Notes: a model not told the origin generated them from the sequence alone. Positions 13,201 through 25,831 are shown, numbered from the stretch's first letter. The stretch: DNA of 64,000 nt from Pecten maximus (GCF_902652985.1 NC_047022.1:6014001-6078000); one strand, 5' to 3'. Numbers and translations: made by a program.

Positions 13201-16200
13201 GAAGCTTTAATATATTAGCGTGAAGTCTGTAACTTTGTTATGAGTATAAAAATAATCTAGATTTTCCATGTTTAAAACAGCCCCAGATTCGTTATATCAA
13301 AACCTAAAGTTAATTGTGCACTTTTGCACGTGATGTGTCACATTACATCCTAATTTCGTTGCATCGAATAAAATAAAATAACGAGAAGCTCACTTGTTAA
13401 TTCTAAACTTCTGACTTCAATTTTGTGATTTCCTTATGAAAAAAAGAAAAAAATGAAAATGTAGACAGAAAAATATATCTGAAAAAATGTACCTTAACAA
13501 TGATATTTTAATTCAGCAGTTGTGCTCTCATTTAGTGTAAATTATGGATTTAATAAGATGTAAGAAAATCATTTCTTATTTTCTGCTCAAGTTAGACTCA
13601 GTAGCACTATTAAATGTTGTCTGTTTGAATGAATCCATTCAAATTCTACAGCATCAGACTTATAAAACAAAAGATTATACGTTACAGATGTTTCGTTGTT
13701 TTTGTGGTATTTTTTTTTTGATAAGGCAAAAAAGCAAAAGACAAAATACTCACAATATTAAGAAAAAAAATTGGCCGTCTTTATTTTGTCATAGACATGA
13801 GCAGGGTCCAGTATTTAAGTATAACTCGTAGCTTTATGCACATCTCTCTAGTTATGAACAAACGTGTCAAATTAATTTTCTTGTATTTGAGTCATAAATT
13901 GAGCGCAATATGACTTGACTTTTCATTATATGAATCTCAAAAACAAGTTGAAAATAATTGATGTGATCTTTTTATCAAAACCTATTTCTGTTAAACTTCT
14001 AATAAAGGACTAGCCACACGTTATAACAATTTATATACGCCTTCCCCTTATATAAAATTACATTTAGAGGAGTAGTGATACAACCGAGACATGCATATTT
14101 CTACAAAAATAGGTATGTGTTATTATCAAAATATGTTGCTGGATTTATGTAACGTTTGCGCATATCTAAAGACATTTGAATTCAGGTCCACGGCAAGATG
14201 CGGGTTTCCAAACAAAACTATTTCCAAATTGAATTCAATATTTAAAGAATTAACATAAAGGATAAATAAATAAATAACACATCAAACCTTGAAATCGACA
14301 AAGGGAAATTCTATCTTAACACAAATAGACTTTGAATTTTAAATGTCTTTGAAAGTTTTTTTTATTTTGTTGGTATATCATCTTTGTTTTCCAAAAGCAG
14401 TATATATGTCCCTTTTAATTGTTTCAGGGCCAGGCCTTGTCTTCGTAGTTTACCCAGAAGCCATCGCTACGCTACCTGGGGCCCCATTTTGGGCGATCAT
14501 ATTTTTCCTGATGTTGTTGACCCTTGGATTAGACAGTTCGGTAAGTTACTATTAAAGTCTTTAGATACACAGGGTTGGATTTGTTCTGCATTGCTTAACG
14601 TCCCATCAACAGCAAAGGTCAAGGTTTCTGCCGTTTGCACGTGTGCAGTGAATGTGTGTGTGCTTTTGGAATCTGCGGTTTGTTCATGTTGGTCTCCCTG
14701 TGGTAGCGGGAAAACTGAAGAAATCAATTTTATAGTCTTACCTCACTGAATCCTACTGCCAAAGACATCCAGCAGACATCGCAATTGGTCACATTGAACC
14801 GAAAATGGACGAACCAGACGTCCCGCTCCCAAAATGCTGAGTGTTAAGAAGGATTAGCAACTACACTTTTAAAGACTCTGGTTTGTCTTGGCCAGGGGAC
14901 AGAACCCAAAGCCTTTCTCATACTGGGGCGAATGCTCAGTTAAACGCAAGCAGTGAGTCGGTGTCAAAGAAAACATTAGGAAGAAGAAAGTTGTTTAGAA
15001 GAGAAAAGACAATATTACAAATTTAGTCGCCTCTTACAGTCATGCGATGGGAACAGCATTTACAATTCCTTGCCCTATCTGCAAGGCAGTAAATATACTG
15101 GCAGAACTATTAGTAAGCGGATTAATTTATAAACTTCATATGATACTAAATTGAGTGTAGCTTAAATATTTGATTGGATTGTTTTCATTTAATTTTCCGT
15201 GTGAGTCGACGGAAGTGTGTTTCCCGTATTCTGTATCTTCCTACAATAAGAAAGAGAACTCTTGTGTCATCAAGTTACGATGTCATCATAGCCTCGACAT
15301 TAAATACATCGACAGTTAACGGATATAGTTAAAATGGAGGAACCCAACGAAAGCGTTAATATAGAATAAAATTATAAGAAGACATTTAGCAAAGTTCGTT
15401 CATCAATCAATACATGTTCTATGCTAGATGTCTTTGGAAGCCTACTTCACTTAGCGCTATAATGTATACACGAGTTTTGCGTTATCAAAGGGAGACAAAC
15501 TCGATCATACTTTAGCCTTCAAAAATCACACACACATTTCACCAGATGCTTGGAAAACAGGACAGGCATGTCCAACATGTTCTTATTTTCCTAGTACTGT
15601 ATCAAAGTCTTCATGCAAATGTATTCAACGGAGGAAGCATATTCTCTTTTCCCTGAATCCAAGAAATGTTTGCAAGTAATACTAGATTTATAAATTTAAA
15701 TGTCAAGTGTTGTCAATGAAGTAGTCAATGCTTATCCGCCTTGAACACCTTTCATATTTTTCCTGTACTGTATCAAAGTCTTCATGCAATTTTGTTTTTG
15801 TATTTTGCCTTCAGTTTTGACTATATAAAGTATGATTTTATTTTTATGTCGATATTTTTGTTGTTATTTGTATAACTTACCTAGTAATTAAAACATTATT
15901 TAGAATATCGTTTCTGCATGATTTCAGTTCCTGATTTGACAATTTTCAGTTTGGTGGATCTGAGGCTATCCTGACGGCTTTGTCTGACGAGTTTCCGGTC
16001 CTGCGCAGACACAGAGAGCTTTTTGTCGGTGCATTATTTTCCGTCTACTTCATTGTGGGTTTATCGTTCTGTACAGAGGTATGTATGGCTGCCAACTAAT
16101 TACGGTGATAAAAAGCTCATGTTATCCATATGATTATTATTAAGATATGAAATGATTGAAAAATAAATCATTTTCAGACAGATTGGGATTATAATGAACT

Positions 16201-19200
16201 AGGTGATAAAAGCTCATATTATGTTGCCTATGATTATTTTTAAGATATATGATAATTGGAAAATAAACCATTTTCAAACAAGTTGGGATTATAATGAATT
16301 AGGTGAGAAAAGCTCATAGCATGTTCCCTATGATTATTTTTGAAATATATAATAATTTGAAAATAAAGCAATATTAAACAGCTTGGGATTATAATGAATT
16401 TATCAAAGAATATAAACATGTATGTTGTGATATCCTTGCCGTAATGAAATAAAACAGTATGCTCTTAATAATATATTGATATAAAAGTGTTTTGTCGCAC
16501 ACCATGGGTACACCAATCTGAAATGTATCTCTATGCCTTGCGTAGTATTATGAATTATATTTTATATTTTAAGTCTAGGAAAGCTACATTTTTGATAAAC
16601 ATGGATGGTCAGCTGGTGCATTGGAAACTGGTCACTTGCCGTTCACACGGTATTCGACCTCACGCGTGTTCAATACAGGAGTGATTATTATAAGTTGATA
16701 TATATATATATATATAACTTGTTTTACAAATATTTTCAGCAAAGTTGATATATCAAATCATTTATCTGAAGCGAAAAGTGTTTTTTTATTGAAAACTTGA
16801 AATGGCAAGCTTCACAACCAATTTACATTGTTCTTGGTGGATTTGTTTTGAAACAACCAAGGTAGATTGTTTTCTTCTATTACACTTAATAATGCATTTT
16901 ATCAATGCTCGGCCAACTTTTCACCACAGGGGGGAGCACTTGTGGTACAGTTGATGGACAAATTCGCGGCCGGATACTCCATACTCTGGGCGGTGTTTTT
17001 TGAGACACTGGTTGTTTCCTGGGCGTATGGTAAGTACGATGTTCGTCTTCAGGCACGATCATATTATGTAAATTAGGACAATGTCGCGTGTAGCAAACGT
17101 TTTAATACTGCCGGGTAAATATCACGTATCAACAGGTTGAATTTCAAATGGAGCGAAAACGACAAAGATTCATGCAGAGAATTTCTTTTTTATATCGGTA
17201 TACTTTATTTTTTTCAAACAAATGCCGACAAAGTGCATCCATACGGAATATTTTTAGCAATAAATTCCTATTGTTTTAGTTATTTTGTGTGTTAAAAAAA
17301 TGTTTCGATATATAACGCTTGTTCATCTCTTTGTAACGTCAATATTTTAATTTTATTCCATGACAAATTTGAAAGTGTGACATCGATGTCTTATCATTTT
17401 CTTATGAACAATAATTTTCGCTAATTTTCCATATGTTTATAAAGCATTTGTCGGGTACACTTATTAAACAACAGTACTGTCAATTGGATAAAACTTTTGG
17501 CGTCCAAATGTAGGCTAAATTAAATTTATTTGTTTGAAGGTTTGAATAATTAAATTACACTGACGATGCACTTAAAATTCAGTAAGGGCATTTTTGTAGA
17601 TTTATTTGGTCCGAATGCCAATGTAAATACAGTCAAATGAACCTGGTCAATTGCTTCAGGTGTAGATCGATTTTCCGAAGACATCCGTCTGATGGTTGGT
17701 TTCCCTCCTGGTCATTATTGGAGAATTTGCTGGAAGTACGTCGCCCCGGTGTTTTTACTGGTTAGTACGTCGGCCTAATTAATGTTTTTACTACTTATAT
17801 ATACGTCACTTTGGTACTTTACTGATATGTACGGTCCCTAGTGATTTCATTGGTACATACGTCGCAATAGAGCTCGATTGGTTCTTTTTTATACGCCGAC
17901 CCAGTGTGTTTACTAGTGTGTACGTCGGCGTAAAGTTTGTACTTGTTTGTAAGTCGCCCAAGTGTTTAACTGGTATATATGTAAGTCGCCCAAGTGTTTT
18001 ACTGGTATGTACGTCACCCTTAAGTTTTTATTTATTTTTAAGTCGCCCTAGTGTTTTTACTTGTATGTACCTCGCCCTAAAATTGTTATTTACATGTTAG
18101 TCATTCTTGTGATTATACTGGTATGTACGTCGCACTAAAAATACTGTAAGTCGCCCTAGTACTGGTATGTACGGTACGTCACCTAATCGTGTACGTCGCC
18201 TTAGTGAACAACCGTTGTAGGGTCGCACAACATTTCGCGATGTGGATTTCACACATAATGTCTGCCGGTGTGCGCAGAAACTTTGTACGATGTGCAGACT
18301 CGGTGAAAAAGGCTTTCGCACATTTGAGCGCATGCTATACAATTGATCGCGGTTAATATAAATTTATTAATTACAAACATAGCCAACTGTTTAAATTACC
18401 GCGACGGAGGAAAGCGTGACATGTTAAAAAAGATGCGATGTCTGTCCCAGGGAAACAGGAAACTTGATGGAAAGGACTGGAATCTAATATAAAATTAATT
18501 AATACCATCAACTGCAGAACGGTAAATATCATCTACGCAAATAATATGTCACAATTGTAATGATATTAACAATGCTTGGGAAACAGGAAATGCAGAATCA
18601 CTTATCTAGAATAAGAAATATTATCTCGGAACTTGTCCTGAATCATTTTAACAGTGAAAATCACAACCTTGAACATCATGGAGTGATAGGAATACAGAAA
18701 AAAATAAACTGTCCCATCATATTGGACTTAATCAACACATGTAATCGAGTACACCAATCTCTTGCATATAACCTAGGAAACATTTAACGGCATTACTATT
18801 TAACCTTGTAAATAAGACGTCATAGATGGACCTCTAAAATAATGATGTCATAAATGGACCAATAAATTGTTGACATCACTGTAACAGTGACATCATAGAA
18901 CCTTGTGTAAATAAGTGTTGGCCTCATGAAGGCGAGATACATGTAGTGTCTCCGAAACATAGCCGGCAGTAGAGTTTTATCTAAAATCAAAAATTGATGA
19001 AAACATGTCAGAGAATGATGTTTTATTTAAAACAACAGACACTACATTGCTACTCGCCGTGGTGTGAAATCCATACACTGTGACTAAACATACATGACTG
19101 AAATTACTGCTAAAAAGAATTTCAGAAGTTATATATTTTACATCTGAACATTAGACTTATCAAAATATTAAATATACAAAAATCCATACAATGAACTACT

Positions 19201-21191
19201 TCGTACTTTATTTTAATTGATATAAGCACGCAAAAAAAAAAAAAAAAACAAATCTGTTACCAACTATAATAAGTATTACAGGATTGTTACATCGTAGATA
19301 TGTATCGAGTATCGGAGGTAGAATAAGTTGTATAAAAAATCAGCGATTGTTGATTATAGACCGCATTTTCTAAATGATTAAGTCGATGAAAAAGTCAAAA
19401 GAACAAAAACACATAATCAGCTATACGAAAATACAAATAAAAACAATAAAACTCACGTAGTCAAGGCCCACTCCAGAAAGCGCCTTTTTAGATGTCCACA
19501 ACCCGAGAAGTCTACTGGCGCGATCCCGAGTTGAAAACGAATGTTTACAATTATATTCCAATTCTATAACAGAAATACTAGAATTAACCTCATGTACAGG
19601 GCATTAAAGTATATATGCTACTGTCTCACATACTTAAGAAACAATATTACTAAACAAATCGAATTAAGTACGTCCGAATAGATCGGTAACAATCTTGTCG
19701 ATGGCAAGCTCAATTGCCACTGACTTTTCAATATTTTGAAGTTTATCGTAATATTCGGCCAAGTGATGTACTCGTCACTGACTTTTTAACATGTTGTAGT
19801 TCATCATGATATTTGCCCTGGCAATGTACCAGTCACTGACTTTTTTACACGTAGCCCATCATGATATTCGGCCAAGTGATGTACTCGTCACTGACTTTTT
19901 AACATGTTGTAGTTCATCATGATATTTGCCCTGGCAATGTACCAGTCACTGACTTTTTTACACGTAGCCCATCATGATATTTGGCCAAGTGATGTACTCG
20001 TCACTGACTTTTTAACATGTTGTAGTCCATTATGATATTTGCCCCAGCAATATACAAGTCATTGACTTTTTAACATGTTGCAGTTCATCATGATATTCGG
20101 CCTAGTGATGTACCAGTCACTGTCTTTCTAACATGTTGTAGTTCATCATGATATTCGGCCTAGTGATGTACCAACCACTTACATACGAGGACTACGTGTA
20201 CCCATGGCCTGCTAACATGATTGGCTGGTGTGTAGCTCTATCCTCTATCCTATGTATACCTGGGTTTGCGATCTTTGGACTAATAACAACTCCCGGTACC
20301 TTGTCTGAGGTAAGTCAATGATACTTCCCACCACCCTTGGTTTACGGTTATCAGTATTGCATAATTGTATGGCAGCACTTTTATCTGAAAAAATAAAAAT
20401 AACCGATTTTTCATTTTTTTGATCATTACATATTACATGGTTTTACTGAAAGTATGATAAATAAAGATTTTTAACTTCTAATGTAGAGGTAAAATAAGTA
20501 CTGTAGATAGCTTGTAATTTGCTAATGTCATGTCTTACTCATTTCGTCTATATCCAAATATGTTTTCATTCTCTCTGGAAATGGACTGATATCAATGTTC
20601 CTATAATATAGATAATGCACCATATGTATTATCATACCAGGAGTTTTGTTCGCTGTACCAACTTGATATATCCTTATATACGTAAAATCAACATTTTAAG
20701 GAATTATCTTATTAATAAGATACCAGGAGAAAAAAAGCAAACATATAAGTATTTCAACACCCATATATCATTCCCAATCTCCACAACGGAGATCTATTTA
20801 AATTACATATACATTATACATGCATATACATTGAGGAATGGTTATTCCAGAAAATTATAAAGTATGGTTATAGCCTTTTAGAAATATTTACTATGGCTTT
20901 AGCAAATTAAAAATATGTTGATAACCTTGTTTAACATTTCATAATTCAGAACTTATGTTCCAAACAATAGCGTACAATGCCATTGTATTTTGAAATAGGG
21001 GGAGGCTTATCATTTGCGTTCTCTGTTTTTGAGCTTTAAAATGTAAACCTAATGCTATGATTAACAACAAGTTATATTTATTTCAGAGAATACATATTTT
21101 GTTAACGCCTAAGAATGATAGAAATCGTCAGACAGCATCAAATTGGACTGACGTGAGACTGAACGGAGGGGCGATTGGCGACCGAGTATAA
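7056..21191 (+). CDS. DAT: Sodium/chloride-dependent dopamine transporter (SLC6, invertebrate DAT type); whole spliced gene, 13 coding exons, about 602 aa from ATG 7082 if the extra C at 11151-11153 is removed
   Basis: Manually spliced exons 7056-7214, 7495-7629, 8286-8607, 9101-9239, 9415-9549, 11109-11213, 12503-12627, 14428-14540, 15950-16078, 16930-17029, 17660-17760, 20142-20309, 21087-21191 join in consistent phase. Motifs: [39 protein letters not shown] (TM1 Asp of monoamine transporters), [40 protein letters not shown], all closely resembling insect DAT. Confidence 0.92.
7495..7629 (+). CDS. DAT: DAT exon (TM2)
   Basis: ccag|..[45 protein letters not shown]|gtaag. Confidence 0.95.
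8286..8607 (+). CDS. DAT: DAT exon (TM3, extracellular loop 2)
   Basis: ttcag|[45 protein letters not shown]|gtgagt. Confidence 0.95.
8865..9115 (+). repeat. Degenerate repeats derived from the acceptor junction of DAT exon 9101
   Basis: acaat(g/a)ataacttt..ttcca(g/t).cggagt(t/g)tcct recurs 3-4 times; the last copy is the true acceptor. Confidence 0.65.
9101..9239 (+). CDS. DAT: DAT exon (EL2 end, TM4)
   Basis: ccag|[46 protein letters not shown]|gtcagt. Confidence 0.95.
9415..9549 (+). CDS. DAT: DAT exon (TM5)
   Basis: ttcag|[45 protein letters not shown]|gtgggt. Confidence 0.95.
10056..10280 (+). mobile_element. tRNA-derived SINE
   Basis: A-box tggccggttgg, B-box gagttcgaaac, central ggtttttctccgggtactc (V-domain-like), tail ggacgttaaattaaaacaaatcaaaacca; second copy inverted at 22465-22652. 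Confidence 0.85.
11109..11213 (+). CDS. DAT: DAT exon (TM6) with apparent +1 frameshift at 11151-11153
   Basis: ccag|[15 protein letters not shown] [extra C] [20 protein letters not shown]|gtaagt; read literally it hits TAG at 11181. Confidence 0.9.
12417..12465. repeat. 10-bp repeat (ccgatgttta) x5 just upstream of a DAT acceptor
   Basis: Directly visible. Confidence 0.8.
12503..12627 (+). CDS. DAT: DAT exon (TM7)
   Basis: ttcag|[42 protein letters not shown]|gttagt. Confidence 0.95.
14428..14540 (+). CDS. DAT: DAT exon (TM8)
   Basis: ttcag|[38 protein letters not shown]|gtaagt. Confidence 0.95.
14572..14945 (-). mobile_element. SINE-like dispersed repeat in a DAT intron
   Basis: Minus strand has a degenerate tRNA-like head (ggttctgtcccctggcc), a core shared with 3605-3700 and a gggacgttaagcaa tail. 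Confidence 0.6.
15950..16078 (+). CDS. DAT: DAT exon (TM8 end, TM9)
   Basis: ttcag|[43 protein letters not shown]|gtatgt. Confidence 0.95.
16103..16400. repeat. About 99-bp tandem repeat x3 immediately after a DAT donor
   Basis: ggtga.aaaagctcat..tatgattatt..ttgggattataatgaa at about 16103, 16202 and 16301. Confidence 0.85.
16930..17029 (+). CDS. DAT: DAT exon (TM10)
   Basis: acag|[34 protein letters not shown]|gtaagt. Confidence 0.95.
17660..17760 (+). CDS. DAT: DAT exon (IL5, TM11 start)
   Basis: ttcag|[33 protein letters not shown]|gttagt. Confidence 0.93.
17736..18206 (+). repeat. About 30-bp degenerate minisatellite seeded by the 3' end and donor of DAT exon 17660-17760
   Basis: Unit gtacgtcgccc..gtgtttttactggtat; the first copy is the coding YVAPVFLL|gt; about 15 copies. 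Confidence 0.85.
19716..20180 (+). repeat. 55-58-bp minisatellite seeded by the acceptor and 5' end of DAT exon 20142
   Basis: Unit ttcatcatgatattcggcctagtgatgtaccagtcactgactttttaacatgttgtag; about 7 copies plus the exon, with alternating A/B variants. Confidence 0.92.
20142..20309 (+). CDS. DAT: DAT exon (TM11 end, TM12)
   Basis: tgtag|[56 protein letters not shown]|gtaagt. Confidence 0.92.
21087..21191 (+). CDS. DAT: DAT terminal coding exon
   Basis: tttcag|[37 protein letters not shown]; the R..LLTP motif follows TM12 as expected. Confidence 0.8.
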   Translation, partial: RIHILLTPKNDRNRQTASNWTDVRLNGGAIGDRV

Positions 21192-22464
21192 ATCGTGGGC
21201 ATGATTCATAAAAAGCCACCCAAAACAGCGTAGCATCAACAACAATGACAAATGTGCCTGGAAGTATCATCCCATCGTGGATTGTCATGCGGAAAAACCA
21301 TAAGGAAGGGAGATATATTTACACTCGTTATTATAAAGAGATATCCACGAAAAGATGAACTTCCCGTTCTTGTTGGGAGGTCGTAATGAAAATCCTTTAA
21401 TGGCGGTTTTGAGATTTAGTCGCATTTCTTAAGTGGATTTAGTGAAAAGTGGTTCTAGAGGAGAACATATTTGTCATCAAAACCGAGACTTATGGGGAAA
21501 TTCTGATAGATGACAATTTATGTAGAGTTTATGAATATGAAGTGTACTTGATTACTCCTTTGAGAACGTGGCGGAGGATTGAGTAAAATTGCAGTACCAG
21601 CAATAGGTCTACCTTTCTTTGGAGGAAAATTAGATAGACTACGTCTTTTAAAATGGACGGACATCGTAGTAGCAGTAGGCGATAGATTTGTGTTGTAACT
21701 GTAGTACTATGCAGCTGTGTAGTTATGCAAAGACCAATAGACTTTAGGCCTCAAACAGCGTCATTCGTATTCAATATGACATCATTCATATTGTGACGTC
21801 ATTAAACCATTTTACACTCCGTCGTGCGCTGCATTTTGTATAAACTGTGGAACATCATCACTATACAATCGTGCCGTCAGGTATATCGTGTGACGTCTTT
21901 CTACACGATGTGACGTCATTCATGGATCATCAGCTGTACAATATCACGTCAATTATTTGTAATGAGACGTCCTTCACTTACTATCGCGTAAATATTTCTT
22001 TCATTAAGCGTGACAATGTGACGTGAAAAAGATCATCATCACCTGATCAGCTGTAATTATATCGCGTGACGTCATACACAACCAGGTGTGATTCTTAGAC
22101 AACCATGATCTGATGTCATGTATAAAGTTGTGGTGTTTAAGCAGTGTGTTGTCAGCTATATGTGTGAGGCTGATCAAACAATTGGATTTTATGAGATGTA
22201 AATATATAATTAGCCTATTAACTGATTTCCAACTACGTGTCAATGGCAATAGTTATAATAATAGTATATGGTGTCGCATAGCTACATCTCAGCATCCTCA
22301 AATACAGCTTCAGTTTCAAATTCTATGTTGCAGATATGTGCTACCTCACATATTATATAACACTGCATTTGTCATAATACATGAATTTACTTCCGTAACT
22401 ATCAATTAATTGCAACACCAAATGAGTATTAGCTTTATTTAGTTCTATTTTGTTGAATGTCCAA

Positions 22465-22652
22465 TTAACATACAGGGTCATTTAAGGACATGCCAGGTTT
22501 TAAAGGTGGAGGGAAGCCAAAGTCCCCTGAGAACAAAAACACCGGCCAACGGTCAGTATCAGGCAACTGCCCCACGCGGGTTTCGAACTCGCGACCCATA
22601 GGTTGAGGGCTAGCGGTTAAAGTGTTGGGACACCTTAACCACTCCCCAACCA
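22465..22652 (-). mobile_element. tRNA-derived SINE (same family as 10056-10280)
   Basis: Reverse complement aligns along its length (gagttcgaaacc, ggggcagttgcc, ccttaaatgaccctg). Confidence 0.85.
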
Positions 22653-25085
22653 GCACCAATAAAGAACTCAAGATATATTATAGTAAGGTTGTTTAAGAAT
22701 ACGTTATAGGCCAATGCTACATTCACAGATTTTTCAGACGAGAAAATGTATTTGATTATATTATTGCATTATATTGCAAATGTTAGGTATGCCAACAAGG
22801 AAATATCTGTTCATTTGATGAGTTTGATTTTCACAAATGTTTTAACAAAAAAAAAGTATCTTCCAAAAATTGTTGTTTTCAGTAATAGTAAATTTTGTTT
22901 AGTATTCAATAAGCAGATATTCTTTTTTTCTCAAACGTGTACCATAATATTGAGGATAATGTAACAAATATCTTATTTAATGGAAAACAATTGGATTAAA
23001 TTTATACTATTTATACATTACACTGAGATGGATTATATATAATATAGCATACAAATCTTTTTATTCTAACTTTTTTTTGTTAAATAATCAACTGAATATG
23101 AGTGTCGCTGGTGAGCCATAATGATGTAGTAGAACAAATGTATACGGAAAGGAAAATCTTTAAGTTGTGATTTTTTTGTCTTCGTAGTTTTACGCATAGA
23201 AAGCTTCCATTTGAAAAAAAATATGATATGGAATAGAAATTAAGAGTTTTTCCTTGAAAATGCAGCAATATATAATTAATTGGCATTGTCTTGCATCAGG
23301 TATATCACTCGCCCAAAAATGATTTTCATCAATATGCTGTATGGATGGCAATAATGTGTGAAATAGACACTACATGTTACTGTTTGCTCGTAAACTGTGT
23401 TGTAATGTTTGATATATGTAGATTACAATATTGTAACTCATTGTAAATACATTGCAAAATTATGTACATATGTGTTTGTAATTTAAAAAAATTGGGTTTG
23501 ATATTGTGAGAGAATAAGATGATACATAATATACATCTATATACCTACATATGACATATTATACAAAAATCATGTATCTAGTTATACCACAGAATCGTAT
23601 CAATAAGTCAATTTAATAAAAATGTGACGTCATTTTTTTTTACATTTGATATTACGTCAATGCAACAAATCGTAGTGGAATCATACTACGCCCTAATTAA
23701 CTATCCATATTCTTATATCATTTTAGGAATATGTAGCGTGTATGACTGTGAGAACAATGTATTTTTTCTATATCAATCCAGTATATATGTATCTTATTGT
23801 AAAAAATAACATAAATGACATTTAAAATGACGTCATTGAAATATATATCTATAAGGAGGTATTTAAACTAATTCTATATCATAAACTTTGATAAATGGAT
23901 AAATTATACATATATATGCAGATATCCACAAACTAACTATATCATAAGTGATTAACTGTGTTCCTTTGGACGACTTTTGAACGGCTTGTGCAATAATTTA
24001 ACAACGTATGACGTAATAGACAATATCATTATTATGGCTGTATTCATGTTTAAAATATAGATCTGATTATGAACAAATAAACCACTCAAACGTAACCATC
24101 GATGGCATATTAGTTTATGTTTCTTTAAAACATTTTTCTTTTAAAATCGAAATTCATAGTTCTAGAAGATATTAAAAAAATGGCGAATGAAATATAAATA
24201 CATAAATATATTTCCGATAATGCAATAAAACTACGGGTTAGATTTTTACAGGCCTACGTGGTTATATTCAGACAACACCATAAGCGTTATGAAGTCACAT
24301 ATACCTATGACGTCGTCGTCATGCTTACAGTTACGTTCTTCAAATCTTGTATATTTCTATCAAGGAGTTCAAGCTATATATTTTAAGTAAAAAAACAAAA
24401 CAAAACAAAACAAGCTTTGTGACAGTTAATTAGATCATATACCGAATTTTGTATACATGATACATGGCCTTCATTTAAAAAAAATGTAAGAACCAAATAA
24501 TTATAATTGAATAATTGTAATTAAATAATTGTAATTAAAATCAAATAATTGTCTTAAAAATAGTGATTTCATATCTACTTTAAACATAACCTGTAGTACC
24601 ACTTCAACAATTAACTGCATTTAAAAGTCAATTTGAAAATAATCATAATTGCACACTTTTGATTCAAAATGTATTTCATAATAGCTGTAACTGATGAAAA
24701 TAATGTATATTTGAATATTGATACAGAATATATTGATATTGAATGCGATTTTGCACATGATTGATGAAATAGTGTAGAATGTATATCGTAATAGTGTTCC
24801 ATATCACTACAGTGATGTGTGTTGCGTGTTAATATAAACTAATATGTATCGATGGACTCTATCAGTGTCATATTATAGAATTTTGTACACAACACGGAAT
24901 AAAAAATGACAAAAAACCATTTATTGTTAATTATGTTTGCATAAATACATGTGATTTAAGATTTGATATCAAGAGCATTTGTTTTGTCTGAAACACATTC
25001 CCTTAAAACTATTGGAAACAGATGACGGATGACTATTTAAAAGAAACAGCTGCAATTTTATAGTTTTTTTGTGGAATTAACACTT

Positions 25086-25800
25086 CTATGTCACCTGAGA
25101 CGAAATAGCACGTGACCTATTGTTATTGCCTTCTGTCCGGCGTCGTGAGTTGTCTGTCATGCATCGTAAACAATTCACAATTTCGACTTCTTCCTAATAC
25201 CCCAGATGCCAAGATACATGTTATTTGACTAGTATCATGTGGGATGAGGGCCAACATCCTTTGCTCAAATGAATGACCTTGGTCTACTTTTAAGGTCACA
25301 TAGGTCATATGTCTTTAAACGGTTTCTTCTCAATAACCAAGAGGCCCAGGGTCATGATATAAGGCAATCGGTATGCTGGGATGAATGCCTACCAAATCTA
25401 AATAAACGACCTATTCTACTTCCGACATCACAGGGGTTTTAAGACTTAAGCCCTAATTCTACTCAATAACCAAGAGCCATAACGTCATAATATCAGGCCA
25501 GTAGTATTCTGGGATAAAGGTCTACAAATTGGTTCAAATGAATGAGCTTGATCTACTTTCAATGTCAAATGGGTTATAATGAAGATCTTTTAACAATTTT
25601 TTTCTTTCAATCCGCAGGAGGCCAAGGAATATGATAACGGGCAAGTAGCATGAAGGCCTACCACTTTGGTTCAAATGGATGATCTTGACCCACTTTCAAG
25701 GTTACCGGGTTGAGATGTGTTTTATGTTTAAGTTCAAAACAATCTTTCAGCGTACATATCAGAACACAGGTGACCGTTAAGGCCCTTGGGCCAGTTGTTT
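25086..25800 (+). mobile_element. Non-autonomous Helentron/DINE-1 (pearl)-like element with about 120-bp internal tandem cores
   Basis: Subterminal inverted tcacctg (25091) / caggtga (25767), 3' palindrome ggccc-tt-gggcc followed by a T-run, cgtcgt-type motif near the 5' end, 4-5 cores containing ttcaaatgaatgaccttg. Confidence 0.7.
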
Positions 25801-25831
25801 GAAACCGCCTATATATTGTATGCATGTAGCA

